Below, one piece after another: positions 55,396 to 64,000 of a DNA stretch of 64,000 nt. Below the pieces are notes generated by a model. That model did no database searches. It worked only from the letters and a program-made list of their open reading frames with translations, and was not told where the DNA came from. Numbering within the stretch: position 1 is the stretch's first letter; each line of letters starts with the position of its first letter. Source of the stretch: Candidatus Calditenuis fumarioli (GTDB lineage Archaea; Thermoproteota; Nitrososphaeria_A; Caldarchaeales; Calditenuaceae); assembly GCA_030059665.1 (NCBI GenBank), contig JANVYR010000001.1:256001-320000 (forward strand), written 5' to 3'. A program made the translations under genes and the position numbers.

Positions 55396-57462
55396 CTGAC
55401 CTGCTGGCCTAGCAGGCAGATCTCCTCCTGCGGCGTCTTCGGGGTGCTTCGGAAGCGAGGGGCTCCGCCCATCTCTCCGAGGATCGCGTTCACGGCGATC
55501 GAGTGCGTCAGGTACAGGGGAAGCAGGTTCGGCGCGGGCTTCGGTCTTGTGAACCTCCAAACCGGTGTGAGGAGGATGAAGGCGTTCGCGGTCTCGGAGC
55601 AGGCCGAGCGGGAGCTCAGGAGGGAGCTCTCCATGAGGCTAGGTGAGCTGGAGCCCCTGGGGTGCGAGGTCGCTGGCGACGGCTTGACGCCCGGCTCCTA
55701 CGTTTACGCGCTGCGGCAGGACCCCGGGGATGAGGCGGTAAGGCGCGCGGTCCAAGAGGTGAACAGGAAGTTCTTCAGGCCCAGCATCAGGGCCCACGTC
55801 TACGCTTGGGGCAGACACGTCGACGTCTTCAAGGGCGTCGGATACCCTGCTGACGTATACCAGCTGTACGACCTGGAGAGGAGGCTGAGGGGTGCGGACC
55901 TGTGGGTCTCGCACACGAGGCAGCCGACCAACTCCCCGGGCCGTCTCCCGATCTGGTCGCACCCGTTCTCATCCGGCGAGTGGGTCGCGGTCCACAACGG
56001 CGACGTCAGCTCCTTCGGAGCCAACATGTCGTTCCTCGAATCGGTAGGGTTCCTGAACTTCGTAGGCACCGACAGCGAGGTGATCGCGTTTTTGCTCGAC
56101 CACCTTACATCGGTCGAGAGGCTGCCGCTCGAGGAAGCGTGCCGGATCCTCGTGAACCCCTTCGAGGACTATGTCCAAGACGGCCGCTCGCAGGGACGCT
56201 CGGTCGTGTTCAGGGGTGCCAGGCTCGACGGGCCCTTCACCGTCGTCGCGGGCTACTCGGACGGCAAGGACGTCTACATGGTCGTCCTCGCGGACAGGTT
56301 CAAGTTCAGGCCGGTCGTGGTCGGGGAGGACGAGAACTACGTCTACGCAGCGAGCGAGGAGGTCCAGATAAGGGCCGTCTCACCCGACGCTAGGGTCTGG
56401 ACGCTCGAACCGGGCAGCTTCATGCTCGCCTCCAGCAGCAGAGGCGTGATCATCGCGGGGAGGAAGAGGCTCGACCTCTTCGTGAGACCTCAGCTCTCGA
56501 TCCCGCGGCCGGAGCCAGTGGGTCACGTGATCGACGCGTCAGAGCTTGGGTACCAGCAGATCAACCGATTGCTGCGTGAGCTGAGCCAGCGAGGCGTCTC
56601 GGACGTGAGCCTCCTCAACGTCAGGGGCCAGAGGTACATCGGCGTCGGAGTGGAGGGACACATCCGCGTGAGGATCTACGGAACCCCTGGCAACTGCCTC
56701 GCGAACCTGAACGATTCGATCGACTTCGAGGTCTTCGGCTCGGTGCAGGACGACGTGGGTGACGTGATGCACGGCGGCAGCGTCGTGGTCCACGGCGACG
56801 CACGGGACGTCCTCGGGCAGGCGCTTCAGGGCGGTGAGATCCTCGTCAAGGGCAACGCGGGGAACCGGTGCGGCATCCAGATGCGCGAGTACGAGGGCAG
56901 GAGGCCCTACCTCGTCGTCGGAGGGCGCGTGGACGACTACCTCGGCGAGTACATGGCCGGAGGCGTGATCGTCGTGCTTGGGCTGGGTTACGAGGGCTCT
57001 GACGTTCCTGTGGTCGGCAGGTTCGCAGGCACCGGGATGGTCGGCGGAAGGATCTACGTCAGAGGCACTGTGCCGAGGTCGCACATAGGTTACCTCCCTC
57101 CGAGGCGTGACGTGCTGCAGTACCTTAGGGGCCTCTGGCTCGACGGCGAGCTCGACGGAAGGGCGTTCGAAAGCCTCGCGGCCTGCGAGCACCTGGACCC
57201 CGAGACGCTGTCTCGTCACCTGCCACCTGACCTGCTGAGGAGGGTGATGAAGCTCTTCGAGCACAAGTACTTCCGCAGGCTTCTGGTTGAGGAGCGTCAC
57301 CTGAACGAGGCGGAGGTCCACGAGCTGGGGCCGGTTCTCAGGGCTTTCGGCGAGAAGTTCTCCCTGGAGCGGGAGGTTAAGGGCCTGCTCGATGAGAAGT
57401 TCACGGTGATCCATCCCTCCACAGCGCAGGCTCCCAAACCAGTCGTCTCCGAAGAGGGATGA
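55396..57462 (+). CDS. Glutamate synthase glutamine amidotransferase + GXGXG fusion (GltB1+GltB3)
   Basis: CGVFG Ntn nucleophile at 55429, HTRQPTNS, HPF, HNG, DSE, DGPF; GXGXG repeats GQRYIG, GNCLAN, GEYMAGG; start uncertain. Confidence 0.9.
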   Translation: MTCWPSRQISSCGVFGVLRKRGAPPISPRIAFTAIECVRYRGSRFGAGFGLVNLQTGVRRMKAFAVSEQAERELRRELSMRLGELEPLGCEVAGDGLTPGSYVYALRQDPGDEAVRRAVQEVNRKFFRPSIRAHVYAWGRHVDVFKGVGYPADVYQLYDLERRLRGADLWVSHTRQPTNSPGRLPIWSHPFSSGEWVAVHNGDVSSFGANMSFLESVGFLNFVGTDSEVIAFLLDHLTSVERLPLEEACRILVNPFEDYVQDGRSQGRSVVFRGARLDGPFTVVAGYSDGKDVYMVVLADRFKFRPVVVGEDENYVYAASEEVQIRAVSPDARVWTLEPGSFMLASSSRGVIIAGRKRLDLFVRPQLSIPRPEPVGHVIDASELGYQQINRLLRELSQRGVSDVSLLNVRGQRYIGVGVEGHIRVRIYGTPGNCLANLNDSIDFEVFGSVQDDVGDVMHGGSVVVHGDARDVLGQALQGGEILVKGNAGNRCGIQMREYEGRRPYLVVGGRVDDYLGEYMAGGVIVVLGLGYEGSDVPVVGRFAGTGMVGGRIYVRGTVPRSHIGYLPPRRDVLQYLRGLWLDGELDGRAFESLAACEHLDPETLSRHLPPDLLRRVMKLFEHKYFRRLLVEERHLNEAEVHELGPVLRAFGEKFSLEREVKGLLDEKFTVIHPSTAQAPKPVVSEEG

Positions 57463-57549
57463 CCCGGAAGATCCCTGCGTAATACGCTAACCACATCGGG
57501 GGATGGACGGAGCTCCTCCGGTGGGTCAAGCCATATCATCGACTCGGCG

Positions 57550-57828
57550 TTGCGAGATCACGTGAACAGGGTAAGGCTCGGACTGACCGTGTCGCTCCTG
57601 GGGGTCACGATGAGCTTCCTGCCACTGATCATAGGCGCCGTCGCCCTCTGGGGAGGAGCGGACTTCGTGTTCCAGCTCTTCACGGTTGGCAACGGCGCGA
57701 CCATGCACGTCCCCCTCTCGTTGGTCTTCTGCGCGGTCTCAGTACCCGTCACGCTGCTCGGCCTCTCGGTGTTCAGGCGATCGATCAGGCAGATGGTTCG
57801 CGAGGTGCAGGGCTCAGGCGGTACCTGA
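57550..57828 (+). CDS. Small membrane protein
   Basis: Two hydrophobic segments. Confidence 0.6.
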   Translation: MRDHVNRVRLGLTVSLLGVTMSFLPLIIGAVALWGGADFVFQLFTVGNGATMHVPLSLVFCAVSVPVTLLGLSVFRRSIRQMVREVQGSGGT

Positions 57829-58938
57829 TGCCAGCTCGACGGCCCTCCTCGCCGCCTCCTCCATCGACCTGAAGAACTCGTACCCGTTCTCTCTGAGGAT
57901 CCTCTGTCCCTCCTCCTCCCTCGTGCCGACCAACCTGACCACGAGCCTGACTTCCTTCCCGGACTCCCGGATGCCTCTCACGAGGCCGAGCGCCACCTCG
58001 TCGCATCGCGTTATGCCGCCGAGCACGTTCACGAACACCACCCTGATCCCCTCCTTCTGCAGGAGGAACCTGACGGCCTTCTCGACCCTTTCGGCGTTCG
58101 CGCCGCCTCCAATGTCGAGGAAGTTCGCGGGCCTGCCGCCGTAATGCTTGATGAGGTCCATCGTAGCCATCGTGAGGCCTGCGCCGTTGCAGATCACGCC
58201 GATGTCGCCGTCGAGCTCGACGTAGCTGAAGCCCAGATCCCTCGCCACGTCCTCAGGCCCCTTCTCCCTCTCGAAGGGCATGCCCTTAACCCTGACGAAG
58301 TTGTCGTCGATGATCACCTTCGCGTCGAGCGCCATCAGCCTATTCCTCTCGTCGACCACCAGGGGGTTGATCTCGGCGAGCTCGCAACCGTAATCCGAGT
58401 AGAGCGAGTAGAGGCCCGTGAGGACCCGCTCGCAATCCGCGGCAGCCTCGCCCTCAAGCCCGAGGAACCGCACGGCCTTCCTCACGTGATAGCTCCGGAG
58501 GCCGACGATGGGATCGATCGGGACGCGCAGGACGCTCTCAGGATGCTTGGCCGCTATCTCCTCGATGTCGACCCCTCCCATCGGTGAGACCAGGAGCAGG
58601 TGGCCCCTGTTGGTCCTGTCCGCGGTCAGCGACAGGTAAAGTTCTCTCCCGAATCCGATCAGTTCTGCCACCAGAAGCTTCCTGACGACCTCGCCCTTCA
58701 GCGACGCGCCGAGCATCAATCTGGCGACCGCCTCCGCCTCATCAGGGGACCCGACGACCCTTATCCCGCCGGCTTTACCCCTACCTCCCACGAGGACCTG
58801 CGCCTTCAGCACAGCTCTTCCGCCGAGCTCGACGACGGCCTTCCTGACGTCCTGGGGTGAGGACGCGACGATCGATCTGGGAACCGGTATGCCGTAGGAC
58901 CTGAAGAGCTCGACGGCCTCATGCTCGTAGAGCTTCAT
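57814..58938 (-). CDS. sucC: Succinyl-CoA synthetase (ADP-forming) beta subunit
   Basis: MKLYEHEA, KAQVLVGGRGKAGG, EINPL, NGAGLTMATMD, NFLDIGGG, GGITRCD. Confidence 0.95.
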   Translation of the reverse strand: MKLYEHEAVELFRSYGIPVPRSIVASSPQDVRKAVVELGGRAVLKAQVLVGGRGKAGGIRVVGSPDEAEAVARLMLGASLKGEVVRKLLVAELIGFGRELYLSLTADRTNRGHLLLVSPMGGVDIEEIAAKHPESVLRVPIDPIVGLRSYHVRKAVRFLGLEGEAAADCERVLTGLYSLYSDYGCELAEINPLVVDERNRLMALDAKVIIDDNFVRVKGMPFEREKGPEDVARDLGFSYVELDGDIGVICNGAGLTMATMDLIKHYGGRPANFLDIGGGANAERVEKAVRFLLQKEGIRVVFVNVLGGITRCDEVALGLVRGIRESGKEVRLVVRLVGTREEEGQRILRENGYEFFRSMEEAARRAVELASGTA

Positions 58939-59023
58939 GCTCCCTGCTCCCGACCGTCGGGGACGACTTAAACTCCTCGACCCCGTTAGGAGCACACGTG
59001 ATCGGCCGCGACCGCGGAGGAGG

Positions 59024-60310
59024 TCACTCGAACTCCTTCTGAGGGTTGATCTTGCTGAAGACTGCCCTCATCCTGCTGAGGTCGAGGCCCCGGGAGAGGA
59101 GAATTCCCTCCACCTCCTCCACGAACTCCCTCCCGATGCCTCGGGGCAGCGAGATCAGCTCGTCCACGAGGTCCAGGGCCAGGGGAAGGCCAGTTGCGGG
59201 GTTGGCGGTCTCGAACGCGTAGGTCACCGCGAGTTCGACCGTCTCGGCATCGACGCCCTTCGGGAACTCGATGCAGACCGGCGGCTGGTCCGGCACGGTC
59301 CTGAGGAAGACGCGCTTCGTCGAGAGGACGGTTTCGAGAATCCTTGCCTTTCTCTCCTCCGGCTCATCCGTCCCGCGATGGAGGAGGTCCGTGACGATCT
59401 GGTTGCTGACCCGCCTCCAGGATTCTTTGTACAGTTCATTCACGTTCACCTCCTTTCCCCTCCTACGCCGCTCGTGGATCATGCCCGAGAGCGCCGATAA
59501 GACCTCCGGTGGGTTCTCTGGACCCAGAAGCTCGCTCATGTCCAGGACCTGGCCGACCTCCATCGCAAGCGTCAGGATCGACCTGTCCGTGAGACCAGTC
59601 GTCAATTCCGCGTTGCCGGTGCGGTGCGCGACGTAGCCGTCGATGGCCGAGGTGGCAACCCTCTTCACGACCCCGAAGGCCCTGCCCGACTGGAGGAGTT
59701 TCTCCGTCATCCTCACCAGCTCGTCGATCAGCTGATGCGTTTCGCGGAAGGTCTTCTGCGTGACGGGATCGGTCCAGTTCAGCTCGAGGTGCTTGACCCT
59801 GCTGCACCCTGCCCTGAACCCCCAGAAGGAGCCGTCGATGACCACGTAGTCGACTCTTTTGTCCTCGAGGGCCTTGACGGCGTAGAGCCTCTCCAGGTAC
59901 GTCGTGACCAGGTCTAGGGTCTTGGCGAAGTCCTCTCGGGAGGTGTGATGGGTGCCCCTGAGGGCGTCGCCGACGTACCACTCGGCCTCCGGGATCTGCC
60001 CGATGCCCCTGAAGTCCTTACGGCACGCGGCCACCAGCCCAAGCCTCAGGCCTATCCTCTCGTCGATGGAGGGCGTGTCGGAACCGTCCACGACGGCGAA
60101 GACCTTATCCCTCCACTCGGGCCTTTCGGCGCCATCGGCGCGAGACCTCAGCAGCGGCACCAGGAGCTCGAAGGCCCTCCGGATCGGTTCGCTGACGACC
60201 GACAGCTCGCTTAGTATCCTCTCGGCCTCCTTCTTCGCCAGCTCGAAGTAGGCCTCCTGTAGGGGTCGCGGTATCCTCAGGATCTCCGGGATCTCCTCCT
60301 CAGCCTCCAC
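59024..60310 (-). CDS. NurA-domain (RNase H-fold) nuclease
   Basis: AVVDGSD and VVIDGSF acidic motifs, GVVKR, PLALDLVD; co-oriented and overlapping with HerA-like gene. Confidence 0.75.
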   Translation of the reverse strand: MEAEEEIPEILRIPRPLQEAYFELAKKEAERILSELSVVSEPIRRAFELLVPLLRSRADGAERPEWRDKVFAVVDGSDTPSIDERIGLRLGLVAACRKDFRGIGQIPEAEWYVGDALRGTHHTSREDFAKTLDLVTTYLERLYAVKALEDKRVDYVVIDGSFWGFRAGCSRVKHLELNWTDPVTQKTFRETHQLIDELVRMTEKLLQSGRAFGVVKRVATSAIDGYVAHRTGNAELTTGLTDRSILTLAMEVGQVLDMSELLGPENPPEVLSALSGMIHERRRRGKEVNVNELYKESWRRVSNQIVTDLLHRGTDEPEERKARILETVLSTKRVFLRTVPDQPPVCIEFPKGVDAETVELAVTYAFETANPATGLPLALDLVDELISLPRGIGREFVEEVEGILLSRGLDLSRMRAVFSKINPQKEFE

Positions 60311-61817
60311 CCCATCCCACCCTCTCGTGCTCCGGTATCTCGAAGGTCATCAGGAGCGGAACCGGTGACGGGTTGACCTTCCCCACGATGTAGAAGTGAC
60401 CCTCCGGCAGCCTCAGCAGGCTGTCGCTGGTGACGAAGGAGTTGGCGAAGTACCTCTCGGCCTCCGGCGCGTCGAGCGGGTGGATCCTTCCGATGAAGAG
60501 CGTGTTGAGGTTCCTCCGGACGGCCGCGTTGATCCCTATCTCGCCTGCTATGCCCTGGGAGACCAGCGTCAGGGAGAGCTTGTACGACCTTCCCAGCGCA
60601 GCGAGCTCGATCAGGGTCTTCGTCGTCTTCTCCTCGAGACCCCTGGGCTGCCACGGACAGTACTGCGGTGCCTCGTCGATCAGCAGGGCTATCCTCAGCT
60701 CGTTCTTCTCCTCCATCAGCCGCTTGAGGTACCTGGTCAGGGAGAGGAAGACGGAGAGCTTCTGCTCCTTCGAGCCGTAGGAGAGGTCCATCACCAGCAC
60801 GCCCTTCTCCCTCAACAGCTGTATGATTTCGCTCGGCTTCATCGTTCCCATCAGGGGCTTCAGATCATCGGGCGAGAGCCTCTCGAACGCGCGCATCGCC
60901 TTCCGCTGGTAGATGTAACCCCATCTGCCCAGCTTCCCGGTCGGCTCGAGGTTGTCCTCCTTGATTACGTCGAGGAGGTTGTAGAGCAGCCTCTCTTTCG
61001 TCTCCGTCGCAGTCCTACCGCGCCATTCCGACGTCGAAATCACCTCCTCTAGGTAGCTCACCATGCGCATGCCGGAGTCGCCGCCTCCGAAGTATCCCAG
61101 AGCCTCCGCGAGGTAGGAGACGACGGCGCTGTCGTCGAGCTCCACATCGCCCATGCTGATCACGTTATCGGGGTAGTACGGCGCGTAGTCGCTCCCCTTC
61201 CAGTCCAGCACGAGGACGTCGTACCCGTACTCCCTCAGAAGTGGTATCAGCTGGTACCTGCATAGGAACGACTTGCCCGAACCGGTCACGCCGAAGACGC
61301 CTATGTGGTGTGATAGGTAATCGGCCATCAGCGGTATCGTCCAGCTCTTGTGACCCTTCGCGTAGTACCCGACGGTGAACCTGGACCTGTACAGGAAGTT
61401 CATGGGGTTGAGGCGCTCGTTGAACCGGTAGACAGGAGAGCCGGGTGCAATGATCATCGTGTTCTGCTTGACGGTTCCGTCGGTCACGTCACCTATCACC
61501 ACCAGCCTGAAGCCGAAGTACTCCTTCGAGCTGCTGGGTCCGTGACCCCTCTTGGCGTAGGCGATGCCGGGCGTGTATGCGGAGGTCCTGAGGGCGTCGT
61601 TGTACCCGAACCCTCCCCTGCAGACCGCGAGTATCTTGTTCCCTGCCCTGTTGTCGATCAGCACGAGCGTCTCGTTGGTGACGGTCCCCTCCTTCCCCTC
61701 CTGGAGGACCATGATGGCGCTGTTCTCCGTGGACTGGCTCGCTATCACGCCGATCTGCTCGAGCGACTTAGTCCAGCTGCTCCAGTCGATCCCCTCCTCT
61801 CCACCCATCCGCACCAT
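60300..61817 (-). CDS. HerA/FtsK-family ATPase with N-terminal HAS barrel
   Basis: HIGVFGVTGSGKS (Walker A), LLIDEAPQY (Walker B), LVSQG, RRN finger. Confidence 0.88.
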   Translation of the reverse strand: MVRMGGEEGIDWSSWTKSLEQIGVIASQSTENSAIMVLQEGKEGTVTNETLVLIDNRAGNKILAVCRGGFGYNDALRTSAYTPGIAYAKRGHGPSSSKEYFGFRLVVIGDVTDGTVKQNTMIIAPGSPVYRFNERLNPMNFLYRSRFTVGYYAKGHKSWTIPLMADYLSHHIGVFGVTGSGKSFLCRYQLIPLLREYGYDVLVLDWKGSDYAPYYPDNVISMGDVELDDSAVVSYLAEALGYFGGGDSGMRMVSYLEEVISTSEWRGRTATETKERLLYNLLDVIKEDNLEPTGKLGRWGYIYQRKAMRAFERLSPDDLKPLMGTMKPSEIIQLLREKGVLVMDLSYGSKEQKLSVFLSLTRYLKRLMEEKNELRIALLIDEAPQYCPWQPRGLEEKTTKTLIELAALGRSYKLSLTLVSQGIAGEIGINAAVRRNLNTLFIGRIHPLDAPEAERYFANSFVTSDSLLRLPEGHFYIVGKVNPSPVPLLMTFEIPEHERVGWGGG

Positions 61818-61895
61818 GAGGCCTATCCCGAATGATATAAGCTCCGATGCGCACGAACCCGGGTCACGGAAAGGCTATTGAGATGTTGAGGGAAG

Positions 61896-63035
61896 TTGGA
61901 TATTGGAGTGAGGAGGGTCGGTACCGCTCGGCTCTGGCTGGTGGAGGGCCCAGTACCCCACTTCAGGGAGATGGTGGAGCTGGGACGCGAGATCGTGCGG
62001 GCCCTCGTCGAGGTGAGAGGACCTGCGGAGACGGTCAGGCTCTTCTCCGACCCCCACTGGCTCACTGCCCTCTCCTGCGTTCTCGGCTTCGAGTGGGACA
62101 CGAGCGGCCAGACGACGGTCACGCTCAGGGCGATCAAGGAAGGCCTGAAGGGGACCGAGATCCCGGTTAGGGTGCTCGGCGGCAAGGGCGAGGAGATGAG
62201 GTGGGTTCCCTACGAGGTCGAGCGGGAGCTGAGGCACCTGGACGTGGATGACCCCGACGAGATCGCGACCGTCTCGAGGCTCACGTGCAGCGTCGACGAG
62301 TCGGCACTTCAGGACTCCTACCACGTTTACTTCCACGCGGTGGTGGTCTCGGAGGGAGGCGAGTGGTCGGTCGTGAATCAGGGGATGAACGTTAACGACC
62401 TGACAGCGAGGCGCTACCACTGGTCGTCTTCCGTCGGAGCCTCATCGGAGGGGCACTACTCCGCAATCTACTCCGAGCGGACGGAGGAGATCGTGCTGGA
62501 CATGACCAGCCCCGAGTCGAAGGAGACCAGGGAGACGATCTTAGAGGTTTTGAGGGACACGCCGCCGAGCGACATCAGGCAGGACCTGATCAGGGCTAAG
62601 GCGATGCTGAAGGGCCAGAGGACCCTCGACGAGGAGGGGCCGATCCCTGTAGCCCGACCGGCCGAGATACCCGAGCACCTGAGGCCGCCGCACGACCTGG
62701 ACGTCGAGGTGCTGAGGAGGGCGAAGAACGTCGGGTCCTTCGACGAGCTCCTCCTGACGAAGGGGGTCGGTCCTGCTACGATCAGGGGACTTGCGTACGT
62801 CTCGGTCCTCGTTTACGGATCACGGGCCTCCTGGAAGGACCCTGCGAGGTTCGCGTACGCCCACGGCACCAAGAGCGGCAGGCCCTATCCGGTCAACAGG
62901 AGGGCGATGAGGGAGGTGGCCGCGGTGCTGAGGGAGGCGGTGATGGCCTCGAGGCTCGGCGATCCCGAGAAGCTGCAGGCGCTGAGGCGCCTCGCTGCCC
63001 TCCTTCAGGAGTCGGAGGGTTCGGGCTCCAACTGA
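61896..63035 (+). CDS. DUF763-family protein
   Basis: FSDPHWL..GFEWDTSGQTT, VVNQGMN, RRYHW, LLLTKGVGPATIRGL, FAYAHGTK. Confidence 0.85.
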   Translation: MDIGVRRVGTARLWLVEGPVPHFREMVELGREIVRALVEVRGPAETVRLFSDPHWLTALSCVLGFEWDTSGQTTVTLRAIKEGLKGTEIPVRVLGGKGEEMRWVPYEVERELRHLDVDDPDEIATVSRLTCSVDESALQDSYHVYFHAVVVSEGGEWSVVNQGMNVNDLTARRYHWSSSVGASSEGHYSAIYSERTEEIVLDMTSPESKETRETILEVLRDTPPSDIRQDLIRAKAMLKGQRTLDEEGPIPVARPAEIPEHLRPPHDLDVEVLRRAKNVGSFDELLLTKGVGPATIRGLAYVSVLVYGSRASWKDPARFAYAHGTKSGRPYPVNRRAMREVAAVLREAVMASRLGDPEKLQALRRLAALLQESEGSGSN

Positions 63036-63165
63036 CGGGAACGTCAGCTCTGCGCGGACCAGACGTCTTGCTGTTGAGTGGGACGATCGCTTACTCCGGA
63101 TACCGGATCTGAGGCACCTATAAAACATCCCGCTAATCCAATGTCGATCGAGGCGAGGGAGGTTC

Positions 63166-64000
63166 ATGCTGGTCTTCCTGTTGACGAAGGCGGTGCCAGC
63201 GAGGACCACGAGGGTCGTGACCGTGGGCGGGGTTCTTCGGAGGGAGGAGATGGATCTCGTAATCAACCCGCTCGACTTCAAGGCCCTCCAGGCGGCGGAC
63301 TATGCGAAGAGGTACAACGGTGGCAAGCTCATCGCGGTCAGCATGGGCCCGGACTTCAAGGTCAAACCGCTCCTCTCGGAGCTGTACTCCCACCCGATCG
63401 AGGGGGTTGACGAGGCGATCGTTCTGAGCGACCGGAGGATGGCGGGTGCGGACACCTGGGCCACAGCTTACACTCTCTCGCTGGGGGTGAAGAAGGCGCT
63501 CGACCTGAACAGGGGAGCGGTGGAGGAGGTCTTAGAGCTGGTCGAGTCTGGCGCATCGGGCGAGAAGGTCCTGGAGAGAGCGCGGGAGCTCTATCACGCT
63601 AATCTCCTCCCCAACCTGGTCTACACCGAGAAGCCCGGTCTTCCGGAGGGAGTGGTCCAGCGGTACGCGAAGGGGAGGGCCACGGTCGAGGAGGTCAGGG
63701 AAGCGCTGCTGAAGGTGAGGACCGAGCTGGAGAGGTTCCTGATTGTGGCCGGCCTGAAGACCTCGGACGGCGAGACAGGCAGCACCGGACCCCAGACCGC
63801 GGAGGCCCTCTCCGACGCCCTCGGAAGGAAGATCCCGGACATAACCCACGTTGTGGACTTCGAGGTCGACGCTGAATCGGGGACTCTTGTCGCGGTGAGG
63901 AAGACCGGATCGTACCTCCAGAGGCTCAGGTCCCCGCTGCCCTGCGTCATCACGATCATGCCGGATTACAGGGCCGGGGTGACACCTGTCCTGAGGCGAA
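63166..64000 (+). CDS. fixA: Electron transfer flavoprotein beta subunit (3'-truncated; absent from ORF track)
   Basis: Hand translation MLVFLLTKAVP...INPLD...VSMGP...LSDRRMAGADTWATA...GLKTSDGETGSTGPQTA; TATA CTATAAAA at about 63118. Confidence 0.88.
   Translation, partial: MLVFLLTKAVPARTTRVVTVGGVLRREEMDLVINPLDFKALQAADYAKRYNGGKLIAVSMGPDFKVKPLLSELYSHPIEGVDEAIVLSDRRMAGADTWATAYTLSLGVKKALDLNRGAVEEVLELVESGASGEKVLERARELYHANLLPNLVYTEKPGLPEGVVQRYAKGRATVEEVREALLKVRTELERFLIVAGLKTSDGETGSTGPQTAEALSDALGRKIPDITHVVDFEVDAESGTLVAVRKTGSYLQRLRSPLPCVITIMPDYRAGVTPVLRR

Noticed and set aside
1-64000. Transposases, integrases, cas genes, rRNA genes
   Set aside because: No supporting motifs found in any ORF or intergenic region

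Overview
GC-rich (roughly two-thirds G+C by eye), gene-dense archaeal chromosome segment. Markers include archaeal DNA ligase, uS7, prefoldin-alpha, FtsY, Sec61beta, archaeal PEP carboxylase, archaeal AsnA, ESCRT-III/CdvB and GGTGA-type ribosome-binding sites with 4-bp GTGA/ATGA gene overlaps. The gene set and AGG/ATA-rich codon style fit a thermophilic TACK archaeon, possibly Aigarchaeota/Caldarchaeales (inference only). Most of the window is housekeeping and metabolism: argG, pyrD, Liv-type ABC system, malic enzyme, MDH, ppcA, sucC, a three-gene split glutamate synthase and ETF-beta. It also holds tRNA-Arg(CCT) and an orphan CRISPR array (8 repeats, 7 spacers) with no cas genes in view. Best leads: (1) a candidate H/ACA pseudouridylation guide RNA at 52506-52580(-) with K-turn, UNCG loop, ACA box and a pocket matching 23S helix 69 as I recall it; (2) a secreted beta-domain/coiled-coil/TM protein fused to a cytoplasmic AbrB-type DNA-binding domain; (3) a 61-aa histone-H1-tail-like Lys/Ala protein with its own expression signals; (4) a stand-alone small C4HC3 RING-variant; (5) a nurA-herA pair without mre11/rad50, divergent from DUF763; (6) CRISPR spacers that all read as antisense to coding-like sequence; (7) a glutamate synthase GATase whose catalytic Cys lies upstream of any canonical start codon. 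No database searches were run; family assignments come from motif recognition.
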